Translations under genes and position numbers: made by a program
Origin: Spirochaetia bacterium
GTDB taxonomy: Bacteria > Spirochaetota > Spirochaetia > DSM-16054 > Sediminispirochaetaceae
NCBI GenBank assembly: GCA_034520965.1
Contig: JAXHMY010000009.1
Location: 128,001 to 192,000, forward strand
DNA: 64,000 nt
Direction of reading: 5' to 3'
Shown: positions 21,026 through 30,330 of the stretch, in pieces
How positions within the stretch are numbered: the first letter of the stretch is position 1
Layout of the letters: each line of letters opens with the position of its first letter
Notes under the pieces: generated by a model
Database searches by the model: none
Seen by the model: the letters and a program-made list of their open reading frames with translations, nothing else
Told to the model about the DNA's origin: nothing

Positions 21026-22070
21026 ATCGCATCCGACCTTTGAACAGGATGTAGAGGAAAAGGGGGGCACCGAGCATTGAGGTGATTGCCCCAACAGGCA
21101 GGACAATCGGGCTCAGTAAAGACCGGCTGAGCATGTCCGCGAGCAGGAGTATCAGGCTCCCCAGCAGCATCGACCCCGGTATTAAAAAGCGATGATCGTG
21201 ACCAATTATTCGGCGCATGATATGCGGGCCAAGCAGGCCGACAAAACTGATCATGCCGAGAAACGCCACAGAGACTGCGGTAATCAGCGCAGCGAGGAAA
21301 AGCGAAACAAACCGGACTCTGCTCACATCCACGCCAAGACTTCTCGCAGTGTCATTCCCGTTGGCGAGGGCGTTGTAATCCCAGCGCTTCCGGTAGAAGT
21401 AGAGTGAAGCCAGCCCCACTACGATGCTAAGGATCGCAAGTGCATGCCATCCGATTCTGCTGAGGTCGCCAAAAGTCCAGAAGATCGCTTTTGAGAGTTC
21501 CGTTTCGTCCGCGAAATACTGGACCAGCGTTGTCATTGCATTGAACAGTGCGCTGATTGCAACTCCCGCCAGAATGATCGCCTGCGGAGTGAATCCTTTC
21601 ATTTTGGAAAGCATCAGGATCGCGAGGGTCGATCCCATCGCGAACAAGAAGGCAAAAAGGGTGGTGAGGTAAGGCATCTCCGCAATGCCTGAATGGACAC
21701 CTGAGATCGTTGTTGCCAGAATAATTGCCAGGTTGGCTCCGAAAATCGCCGCTGAAGAGATTCCGAGGGTGGAAGGGGATGCGAGGGGATTCTTGAGCCC
21801 GATCTGCATCACGCATCCCGCGACCGAGAGTCCTGCCCCTGCCACGACAGCTGCAATTATTCTCGGGAGGCGAAGCTTGAAAACCACCATATGGTGGCGC
21901 GCCGCGCTTCCAATTCCGAACAACGTCCTGATGACTTCAAGGAATCCGAGTTCATACGATCCGATCATGATCGCTACGATGCCCGCGACCGCAATAGTAA
22001 GGGTAATCAGAATAAGAAAAAGCTTTTTCTTTCTGATATGGTTTTCGTAACGTTCAAGATGGCTGTACAT
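21015..22070 (-). CDS. FecCD/BtuC-type ABC transporter permease
   Basis: LRLPRIIAA, MQ..LKNPLASPSTLGISS, FWTFGDL, ARSLGV, ISFVGLLGPH, LPVGAITS.LGAP; alternative start at 22085. Confidence 0.9.
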   Translation of the reverse strand: MYSHLERYENHIRKKKLFLILITLTIAVAGIVAIMIGSYELGFLEVIRTLFGIGSAARHHMVVFKLRLPRIIAAVVAGAGLSVAGCVMQIGLKNPLASPSTLGISSAAIFGANLAIILATTISGVHSGIAEMPYLTTLFAFLFAMGSTLAILMLSKMKGFTPQAIILAGVAISALFNAMTTLVQYFADETELSKAIFWTFGDLSRIGWHALAILSIVVGLASLYFYRKRWDYNALANGNDTARSLGVDVSRVRFVSLFLAALITAVSVAFLGMISFVGLLGPHIMRRIIGHDHRFLIPGSMLLGSLILLLADMLSRSLLSPIVLPVGAITSMLGAPLFLYILFKGRMRYAH

Positions 22071-22200
22071 AATATTATTCCGCATTGTAAGACCCGGTCA
22101 GACCTACCGATGGAGCCCGGTGCATTGTTGCTCTGCGTTTTTTCATAGAATTATCTTCGGTGTGCTTATAAGCAGGGCCATTATATAGATACGCTGTCAA

Positions 22201-22253
22201 AAAAAATAGAAGTTGTATTACAATTTCTATAGCAATAAAAGCATAAATCGATG
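22201..22253. promoter_or_regulatory. Conserved upstream element, copy 2, including a 25-bp palindrome
   Basis: ATAGAAGTTGTATTACAATTTCTAT (22206-22230, one mismatch) abuts TATAGCAATAAAAGCATAA (22228-22246). Confidence 0.55.
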
Positions 22254-22462
22254 TATGACCGCAGACAGCTCCTGTGTTCGGTACGCTATCGGAGTGCGTG
22301 TTTAAGGGCCTAAAATTTATATAATAGAAGCTGTTTTTTCACCTCTCCCATAATTCCAGGTATAAATGCTGCAGCGGGTTCAGAATCGCTGAGCCGGCAA
22401 GATAGTACCAGAACTTCGCATCCCTTGCATCGAAGAGGTCTGCACTTTATACTTTCATACAT

Positions 22463-23977
22463 ATGGACAAAGAAGAACAAAATTACCCTTATATAAACCG
22501 GGCAGCCCGGATGATCCGGCGTTGGACCGGAATAAAACAAATATCGCAGCGCAATACAGCTCCGCCGGAACTTCATCAAACCCGTAACCGGCCGGGTACC
22601 TTTGCCACGGTTCAGAACAACGGACACACTGTGGCGGAAACTGCCCGCAGAATCCCCGTACTTGACAGCTGCGAGGTACTGGTGGTAGGGGGCGGCCCCG
22701 CCGGCATCTCCGCAGCATTGGCAGCCCGGCGGACGGGGGCTGATACCCTTTTAATGGAACGCTTCGGTTGTTTCGGCGGGGTAATCACTACCGTTGGAAT
22801 GGAAACTCTGGGCTGGTACCGCTACGAAGGAACAGTGGAATCGGAGGGCATCGGCATTGAAATGGAACGGCTTGCGGCCCGCATGGGCGGAACCACCAAA
22901 TGGCCCCACAATGACAGCGAGTGCCTCGATGCAGATGTCTTCAAGGTGCTTGCCGATGACCTCCTGGACGAGGCCGGTGTACGGCCCCTCCTTCACACTA
23001 TGGCCGTGGAAGCGATAGTGGAAGAGGGACAGATTAAAGGAGTAATTACCGAAAGCAAGTCCGGCCGGCAGGCAATTCTGGCACAGAGAGTAATCGACTG
23101 CACCGGAGATGCCGACATAGCTCATCTGGCCGGCTGCAGTTATCATAAGCTCCCGAAGGAGGAGATGCTGGGTGTGAGTACGGTATTTAGCTGCGCCGGA
23201 GTCGATACCCGGCGGTTTCTTGAATATGCCCAGGCGAATCCAAGGCAATATTCCGATTGGGCCACCGAATGGACCCCCGCCACTACCGGAAAAGAGGACG
23301 ATCTTCTCACCCCCTACTTGGGCCAAGAATTCGAACAGGCGAAGGAGATGGGAGTCATCTCGAAGGAGATAGAACTGGGAGGTACCTGGTCGGCCCTCTC
23401 GGATGCAGGCGAGGCGACCAACCTCAATTTAGTGTACATGAAGAGCTACGATGCAACCGATGTCCGTGATTTGACTGAAGCCTCCCAGCGGGGCCGCAAG
23501 GAGGCACTGGAAGCGCTGAAAGCGCTCAAGGCGGTTGTTCCGGGCTTTGAAAACGCAAAACTGCGGAACTTTTCGATGACCCTGGGGGTAAGGGACAGCC
23601 GTAAAATTAATGGCCGCTACCGCTTAACCGAGAAGGATGTAACCAGCCAGGCGGTTTTTGAGGATTCAATCGGTATTTTTCCCGAATTTTTAGACGGCTA
23701 CAACATCCTGGTGTTGCCGAGTTCCGGGCGCTTCTTTCAGGTGCCCTACGGCTGTATGGTTCCCGATTCAGTTGATAATCTGCTGGTTGCCGGCAGAGCT
23801 GTCGCCGGCGACCGAGTCTCGCATACGGCCATGCGGAACATGATGGGCTGCACCGTCACCGGCCAGGGAGCTGGTACCGCGGCGGCGGTTTCTCTTCGGG
23901 AGCATCAGTCTACCGCCGACGTCAACATAGCTGCGGTGCAGAGTGAGCTGAAACAGCAAGGGGTGCGTCTGGAGTAG
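22463..23977 (+). CDS. FAD-dependent oxidoreductase (FAD_oxidored / PF12831-like)
   Basis: VVGGGPAG, ERFGCFGG, IDCTGDAD, LGVRDSR, VPYGCMVP..VDNLLVAGR, R.M..C...GQGAG. Confidence 0.85.
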   Translation: MDKEEQNYPYINRAARMIRRWTGIKQISQRNTAPPELHQTRNRPGTFATVQNNGHTVAETARRIPVLDSCEVLVVGGGPAGISAALAARRTGADTLLMERFGCFGGVITTVGMETLGWYRYEGTVESEGIGIEMERLAARMGGTTKWPHNDSECLDADVFKVLADDLLDEAGVRPLLHTMAVEAIVEEGQIKGVITESKSGRQAILAQRVIDCTGDADIAHLAGCSYHKLPKEEMLGVSTVFSCAGVDTRRFLEYAQANPRQYSDWATEWTPATTGKEDDLLTPYLGQEFEQAKEMGVISKEIELGGTWSALSDAGEATNLNLVYMKSYDATDVRDLTEASQRGRKEALEALKALKAVVPGFENAKLRNFSMTLGVRDSRKINGRYRLTEKDVTSQAVFEDSIGIFPEFLDGYNILVLPSSGRFFQVPYGCMVPDSVDNLLVAGRAVAGDRVSHTAMRNMMGCTVTGQGAGTAAAVSLREHQSTADVNIAAVQSELKQQGVRLE

Positions 23978-24004
23978 ATCCGGCCGCGTTGCGTACGCCG
24001 CCGC

Positions 24005-24498
24005 CGGCGGTTCATCTCCGAATATAATATCCGGGTCGTTGATGAGGGCGCGGCAGATTCCCACTCTCTGAAGTTGGCCGCCGGAAGCCTGGGTGATATC
24101 ATTATCTGAAATATCGGCAATTCCCAGTTTTTGATCAGCTCGGAGGCCTTTTTGTTGATCACTTTGCGGCTCAGGTTTTTTGCCAGGTACGCGGACATAA
24201 TGACATTGTCAAAAACCGAGAGGTTTCGCAGAAGGTGAATATGCTGAAAAATGAAGCCCATGCTGGTAAGCCTCAAGCTCGACAGCTCTTTTTCCGAGAA
24301 ACTTGTGAGATCCTGGTCTTTGAAGACTACGTTGCCGGAGCTGATTTTGTCCATGCCGCTGATATTGTACAGCAGGGTGGATTTTCCCGAGCCCGAAGGA
24401 CCCATGAGCGATATGAAATCGCCCTTTTCGATCTTCAGGTTCACCTTTTTCAGGACGTAGTGTTCATTCCCCTTTCCGGGAAAGTACTGTTTATTCAA
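24005..24498 (-). pseudogene. LolD/MacB-type ABC ATPase remnant, frameshifted and truncated after Walker B
   Basis: GPSGSGKST, GFIFQ; after a shift at ~24128 it reads ASGGQLQRVGICRALINDPDIIFGDEP and then ends. Confidence 0.75.
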
Positions 24499-24519
24499 TG
24501 CTTTGGATTCAAGTAAAAG

Positions 24520-24799
24520 GAGCAGGGAAGAGAATGCCGGACGGCTTGTAAAGGAAGGACTGTATCGCTATATCCGGCATCCCTAGTACGCCGGTTTTCT
24601 GCTTATCTCGATTGGAGTGCTGTTTGAGTGGATGAGCATACTGCTTATGGTAATGTGGCCGGTTTTGGCAGTCCAGTACCACAGACTTGCCCGTATGGAA
24701 GAGGCGGACCTGGAAGAACAGTTCGGTTCACTTTGGTATGAGTACCGGGTAAAGACGGGTATGTACCTGCCGCGTATGAGGAAGAGACGCCGGAATTAG
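24520..24799 (+). pseudogene. C-terminal fragment of an isoprenylcysteine-methyltransferase-family membrane protein
   Basis: RLVKEGLYRYIRHP*YAG with in-frame TAG, then EEADLEEQFG..W.EYR.KTGMYLP; no N-terminus. Confidence 0.7.
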
Positions 24800-25399
24800 T
24801 ATCTCAGTTTGTTGAGCAGCTCCACCCGGCTGCGCGAGTCCGCTTTCCGGTAGAGATTGTAAATATGGGTGCGAACGGTGGCGGGGGATATGTAGAGCTC
24901 CGAGGCAATCTCCTTGTTTGATAAGCCGTGGGCGATCATTACCGCTATCTCAGTTTCCCGGGCGGAAAGGCCGAGGGATTTCACCCTTTCGGCAGGAACA
25001 GACTCGAGGGTAGGTGCTCCGGAATCTCCCATCCCAGATAAGCCGGACCGCAGCACTCATAGAGACGATGTTCCAGCCAAGGTAAAAGAGGTAATCAATC
25101 GAAAATTCCGAGAAACCCAGAATACCCGAAGAGGCTATGGCATACTCTATCAGGCCCAGAGGGGCAAAAATCAAAGCGCATAGACCATAGGCTTTCATAA
25201 GCGGCCTGAGTACCGGTGGTTCATACGGCTGAAGGGGCGTCCGGAGCATTATTCCCAGGGCTGCAACGGCGGCAGGAGTCTGCTGCGGACCCTCATATTC
25301 AGAAGCAACAGGGCTGCTCTTCCCATAAACCCCGTGGCAAAAAACAGTACATAGAAAACCATCAGAAAATGCTGCATCGCGTGTCCGCCTGTTATTCAA
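24796..25399 (-). pseudogene. Membrane-anchored LuxR-type regulator, frameshifted (~25040) and probably truncated
   Basis: GLSARETEIA..IAHGLSNKEIASELYISPATVRTHIYNLYRK; TM segments upstream in another frame. Confidence 0.7.
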
Positions 25400-25589
25400 T
25401 GAGCTTATTCACTTTAATCATTTTAACCCGGTACTACAATAGCATTGAATCCTTGACAAACTATAAAAAGGGATCCACTATAAATTATCATAAAAACTGA
25501 AGTCGGGCGGATCGGCGTTAGACATCTTTCGCTCGTTCGTACCCTTCCTCCCGAGTCTCTTAAGCTTTGAGATAAAAGGGAGGATTGTG

Positions 25590-26363
25590 ATGCGTGTAAA
25601 GCCTACTGTTTTCATTACCTGTGTTTGTCTGCTCTTTGGCTGAGTGCTGCGGGCTACGCCCAGCAGCAGAGTTTATGGGCCCCGGTGTACCCCGGTGCAG
25701 TTCAGTGTGAGTATTCCTCCGGAGACAACGTATCCGTGTTTTTCAGCCACGACACCTACGACAGGCTCGAGGCGTTCTATTCCGCCGATAAGGATATCAA
25801 ACCCCGCAAAAGTGAGAAAGACGATGCCCGGTCGGCTTTTTTTATCTACAGTAAGTCGGTGTACGGGGATGCAGGTTCAATCGACGGGGTATCTATCAAT
25901 TACGACCATGCCTACAGCCCTGCAGTCGGAACCGTGTTTAAAAGGCTTGAGCAGCTCATACTCGACGGTGCCCTCGATAGGCAGGAGTTCGCCGAGATTC
26001 GCCGGCGCTATGAGCGTATGGGCCGCTATTTTGAACTGAGTGATCAGCGTGACAAGCGGGGTTATCATGTACCGATGGATAAAGATAATTTTGCTGCAGT
26101 ACGAACAGCAGATAGAAGATTATATCCAGGAGGGAGAGAGCTGGGAGGAGAACGAAGAAGATTTAATGACCCGCTACCACTCTTTAATAGCCCAGGGAAA
26201 GTTTCAGGAGGCTGCGGAGTTGATGCAAAAGGGCTCTGCCCAGAGCTTAGAGGCGGCCCGGCGACCGACCGACAGAAAAGTGGTCGAATTGTGGAAGGAG
26301 TGTCTGTCGGAGATGGCGTCGGCGGCCTATCCCGTTCGGCTTGAAATTGGACGAAGAAGGTAG
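25590..26363 (+). CDS. Hypothetical secreted protein with two apparent frameshifts (~25637, ~26084)
   Basis: GGGAGG RBS; signal peptide MRVKPTVFITCVCLL..SAAGYA; ORFs 25625-26344 and 26040-26363 join. Confidence 0.5.
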
Positions 26364-26589
26364 TTTTCCAGGACTTTCTATTTATCCCGTAATGTAGATA
26401 AAATCGAGGAGGAGCGCGATAAAAAGATCGTCCAAACTGTGGATTGTGGCGTGAGCCCTGCTTGTTATTGTCCTGTCGGGGACGGTTGCTCCAGAACCGG
26501 CGTCTGGCGAAAGTGTGGTAGATGTGCCTGCGGTTGGTGTGGTCTCTCCCGGGTGGCTGCCGTGGAGCATAAAGTACTGGTCTTACCGA

Positions 26590-26660
26590 ATCCTCACCGG
26601 GATCGTTCAGGTAGAGCTCGTAGCAGGGGACGTCGACGCACTGTGCCGCAGCGAGGGGGG
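26590..26660 (-). pseudogene. Short GyrI-like effector-domain fragment
   Basis: DVPCYELYLNDPGE motif isolated among non-coding-looking sequence. Confidence 0.35.
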
Positions 26661-26689
26661 GGAAACCTTCCCATTTAATAGAAGCTACA

Positions 26690-27979
26690 CTAGAGTGTAT
26701 CACCGAGAGCCCATTTCCAGGCGGGAGTAACCTCGACAACGCCCTCTTCCAGATGAATCGACTCCTCTTGTGAATGGCTTATAATGGAGCCTCTGCCGAG
26801 AGCGAATCTTTGCATAGCCTTTTGCAGCCCCCGTAATTCTCTCTGCCGGTTTTCGTCGTTTAACTCGTAACACGCCTGTACGGCCCCGACAATGCGAACG
26901 CCATCATACACGAGAAAATCGGTTTCGAATCCGTTAGAATGAAAAAAAACGGTATATCCTGCTTTTATCAGCTCCAGCAAGACGAAAGTTTCAAGGTACC
27001 ATCCCATATCAGGAGTATTTGAAAACCGGTATGCGGTTAACACGCCAGGGTCGTTTACGTAGACCTTCTTAAAGGACTGTTCCTGTTTTACAGGAGAGTC
27101 GTGATATTTGGGTATAGATAGTACGGCAAATGCATCCTCAAAGTGTCCGACCAACTCGTAAAGGCTGTTCTTGCCTACGCTGATACCTCTCGATTTGAGA
27201 TCGTTGTAGTATTTATGTACCGAGAAACTCCTCGCATTTCCCGATATAAGCCGCTTCAACATGTCCTTTACCAGGTGTACTTTCCCTATTTCATGGCGTT
27301 CGATAATATCGCGGTACAGCATTACATCTACGTAGGATTGCATCGTTTTTATCCGCATCTGCTCTTCCAAGCCGAATATTTCCGGAAATCCGCCCCACCA
27401 GAGAAATGCATCGAAGTGGTTGATAATCCGGTTTTTTTCACGTGTAGCGTATTTCGCTTCCGGGCTCACACCGTGATATCGAAGGTATTCACGAAACGAA
27501 AAGGGAAACAGCGTAAAGGAGAGTGCTCGTCCGCGCAGTGAGGATGCAATTTCTCTGCCCATCAATCGTGAAGAAGATCCGGTAATCCATAATTTTGTGC
27601 TTACCGTATCTTGTACTCTCCGGATAAACTTTTCCCAGCCTTCCACCTCCTGTATCTCGTCGAAAAAGAAGTAGACGTCTGATAAGTCGGTTGAGGGATA
27701 GAGTTGCTGGTAGGCATCGATAATCTTATGCAAATCTCCCCTTCCGATGTCCACACGCTCGTCTTCGAAATTGATGTATACGATGTTGACGGGATCCACT
27801 GTTTTTCGCAGTTTATCGATGAGGGAGTACAAAAACCACGTTTTTCCGGTTCTCCGGGGACCGATTATCGAAATAATCTTCCCGCTGTCGAGGGGGACAG
27901 TGAGCTCTCGGGGAATTATAGGCCCCGGCAGCTTCCTCTGATGAAAATCGGCAATTATCGTCTTGAAAAGCTCTAACAT
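26690..27979 (-). CDS. AAA_14 ATPase with DUF4143 C-terminus
   Basis: GPRRTGKT, YINFEDER, FFDEIQEV.GWE, TGSSS, GGFPE, KKVYVNDPG, ETDF...VQACY. Confidence 0.85.
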   Translation of the reverse strand: MLELFKTIIADFHQRKLPGPIIPRELTVPLDSGKIISIIGPRRTGKTWFLYSLIDKLRKTVDPVNIVYINFEDERVDIGRGDLHKIIDAYQQLYPSTDLSDVYFFFDEIQEVEGWEKFIRRVQDTVSTKLWITGSSSRLMGREIASSLRGRALSFTLFPFSFREYLRYHGVSPEAKYATREKNRIINHFDAFLWWGGFPEIFGLEEQMRIKTMQSYVDVMLYRDIIERHEIGKVHLVKDMLKRLISGNARSFSVHKYYNDLKSRGISVGKNSLYELVGHFEDAFAVLSIPKYHDSPVKQEQSFKKVYVNDPGVLTAYRFSNTPDMGWYLETFVLLELIKAGYTVFFHSNGFETDFLVYDGVRIVGAVQACYELNDENRQRELRGLQKAMQRFALGRGSIISHSQEESIHLEEGVVEVTPAWKWALGDTL

Positions 27980-28274
27980 AGTATGATTATACCATAATAT
28001 TTCTTTTTCAGAAAGAAACTTTTTAATATTATTTCTTCTAAAAAAGGAAACTTTTTGATTTGATCTATCGGCACATCGATTCAACTGGCCTGTCGACAAG
28101 GTTGTGTCTAAGTTGGCGGGGGTCAGACGAACCAAGAGGTAGTCTTCAATTGCAAGTTCAAGGAGAAAAAACCGTTCATTTACCTGGTGGGCAGAATAGC
28201 TGATTTTTGAGTATATAGTTTGACCTTAGGGCAGAGTCAAGAAGAGAATAAAAAAATGTGTTATAATAAACAGC

Positions 28275-28979
28275 ATGAAATCAAAGCTCGTCTCCCGCTG
28301 TTCTATTATGCCTCTGCCAAAGATACTCACAAGAGGTACAGTTCTATTTGTAGTGCTGCTCTTCTCTTCTCCCCTGCTGTTTTCAATTGATTTCCAAGGT
28401 ACTGAAGCGGATTATTCGCTCCGGATAATCGAATCGGAACAGTCCGACTTGGATGATGGTTCAACCGGTATGGTATTGACCAATGTGTTTAGCCTTCGCC
28501 TTCCGGTTCAACTGCCCCATCCAAGGCTATCCTTTGTGCCGGGTATCTCATTTACCAGCATGTATTATCGGTACGATGATATTCTGAAAAGGGCAGTACC
28601 GACGGATGTTGAGTGGCGCGAGCTGACTGCCTTAGTCCCTATGCTTGATTTTAATATGCGCTGGGATTTTATTAAGAGCAGATGGGGGCGTTATTCGGCG
28701 GAAGCCGGGTTGGGGTTTAAGCTGCCCCTTCCGGTAAAAACTTGGGAGAGCGGTACGGTGAACAACTCCGGTAAGATTCTGCCGGCCCTGTATTCGGATG
28801 CTCAGTTTGTGCTGCCGGAGTTTGCACTTCAAGCCGCCTGGCCATTGACGGAGAAGTTTGACCTGTTTGTGCGCTTTTCAGGCTATGTGCCGGTGTATCA
28901 CGCCTGGGACGGGAAGGGTTTACCCTTTACGGACGGGCTGACGGGCAGTATCCACCTGGGAGCCTATTTTCCCTTCTAA
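28275..28979 (+). CDS. Hypothetical outer-membrane beta-barrel-like protein
   Basis: Signal-like N-terminus, alternating beta-strand pattern, C-terminal aromatic (LGAYFPF); start may be 28308. Confidence 0.5.
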   Translation: MKSKLVSRCSIMPLPKILTRGTVLFVVLLFSSPLLFSIDFQGTEADYSLRIIESEQSDLDDGSTGMVLTNVFSLRLPVQLPHPRLSFVPGISFTSMYYRYDDILKRAVPTDVEWRELTALVPMLDFNMRWDFIKSRWGRYSAEAGLGFKLPLPVKTWESGTVNNSGKILPALYSDAQFVLPEFALQAAWPLTEKFDLFVRFSGYVPVYHAWDGKGLPFTDGLTGSIHLGAYFPF

Positions 28980-29041
28980 TTACACCCTTCTAATTATGCG
29001 AAATGGTAGCTTGTGCGCAAGGGTGACTTGCGTGCAGGGGG

Positions 29042-30274
29042 CTAAATAAACTGGCTGGGGAAGATTTCTTTTTGGCCTTCTTCAGAATGCGCCACCACCA
29101 GTGAGCCCAAAGCTACTGTTACCATATCGATAAATACTGCAAAGCTGCTCAACAGTGGAAGTATCGGATAGATAATCAGAAAGCCGTTTTCTATTCCGCG
29201 GCCGTACAGTGTACACAGCGCGGTGAGCGCTGCCGCCACTCCGAAGCCCGGAACAGTGCTGGAGAGCAGGGATGCTGCAATACTAATGCCGATGATCCAC
29301 GCAATCTCGACAAACTCAATGCCCAAACTGGAATAGGATTTAAGAATGACGATAAAAGTGATGCTGCTGACCATAGCTGTTCCCGCTTTTGCAAACAGGG
29401 CAAACAGGGGAATCGTAACCGAACCAATTCTACGAGGCACTCCCAGGTTTTCTTTAATATGGGGAATCATAGGAACCAGGCTAAAATAGCTGTTTCCCGA
29501 AAAAAAAGCCGCGATTGAGGGTGCCAAAATTCCATACAGGTATTTATAGGGGTTCTGCCGGTCTGTAAGAAAATACACCAGAATCGGATAGATGCAGAAA
29601 ATTATGAACACCCCTAGAATACCAATCAACAACAGTAATTCGGAGTACAGTTCAATCTCATCGGTTCTGCGTAGATGAACAACAAAAGAAGCAGATAGGA
29701 CGATCAGTCCAAAGCCCAGAATTTCGTTCACAAACTTGGCAATATGGTAGAAGATACGGGTGAATGAATCGAAAACTTGGACTACCGGACGGCTCAGTAC
29801 TTTGTCAAATGAAAAGTTGAGTCCCAGGAACAGTGCAAAGAAAACGATTGGGAACAGGATATTACCGTTGCCGGTAAAGATATTAAACAGGTTGTTGGGA
29901 AATATCTGAAAGATAAGTTCCTGAAAACTTGGAAAAGAGTGTACTGCTTCGGTTTCAACAATAATAGGTATTCGTTCGGGAGCAACTAACAATACTGCCC
30001 CCGTTCCGATTCCTACCAGCAGAGCTGCGGTTGCCGCGATAATGAGGAAACTTTTGCCGATAACCGCCAATACCCGGCGGTCCATACGCAGACGGTATGT
30101 GCCGTAGGCAAGGGAGAAAAAGATTAAGGGAAACAGGGCGTAACGGCCGATGTGGAGAACAATTTGGGCTGCAAATTGAAGGTTTTGGTAGTAGGCCTCC
30201 CCGGTTGGAAAGACGTATATTCCGAGTAGAACCCCGATAGTTGCTGCAAGCAGGTACTTAATCCATAGTTTCAT
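29042..30274 (-). CDS. Dicarboxylate/amino-acid:cation symporter (DAACS-like)
   Basis: Multi-TM; FP.NLF, AAFFSGNS, LGVPRRIGS.TIPL, STVPG, D.VT. Confidence 0.7.
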   Translation of the reverse strand: MKLWIKYLLAATIGVLLGIYVFPTGEAYYQNLQFAAQIVLHIGRYALFPLIFFSLAYGTYRLRMDRRVLAVIGKSFLIIAATAALLVGIGTGAVLLVAPERIPIIVETEAVHSFPSFQELIFQIFPNNLFNIFTGNGNILFPIVFFALFLGLNFSFDKVLSRPVVQVFDSFTRIFYHIAKFVNEILGFGLIVLSASFVVHLRRTDEIELYSELLLLIGILGVFIIFCIYPILVYFLTDRQNPYKYLYGILAPSIAAFFSGNSYFSLVPMIPHIKENLGVPRRIGSVTIPLFALFAKAGTAMVSSITFIVILKSYSSLGIEFVEIAWIIGISIAASLLSSTVPGFGVAAALTALCTLYGRGIENGFLIIYPILPLLSSFAVFIDMVTVALGSLVVAHSEEGQKEIFPSQFI

Positions 30275-30330
30275 AGTACGGATACCATAGCCCTTTTCCA
30301 GGGGCTGCGTCAATCTGAATTGTAAGCTGC

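Noticed and set aside
22086..22200. Cobalamin riboswitch upstream of the BtuC/FecCD-like operon
   Set aside because: The only B12-box-like string (gacccggtcagacctacc) is on the opposite strand, and no GGGAA or other core elements were found.
24580..24590. Pyrrolysine or readthrough at the in-frame TAG
   Set aside because: It lies in a 5'-truncated fragment at a position normally Gln (CAG>TAG), and no pyl genes were seen.
1796..26690. Integron cassette array
   Set aside because: Genes alternate in orientation; no recurring attC sites or intI were seen.
27980..28275. tRNA or att site at the island boundary
   Set aside because: No cloverleaf, T-arm or direct repeat was recognisable.
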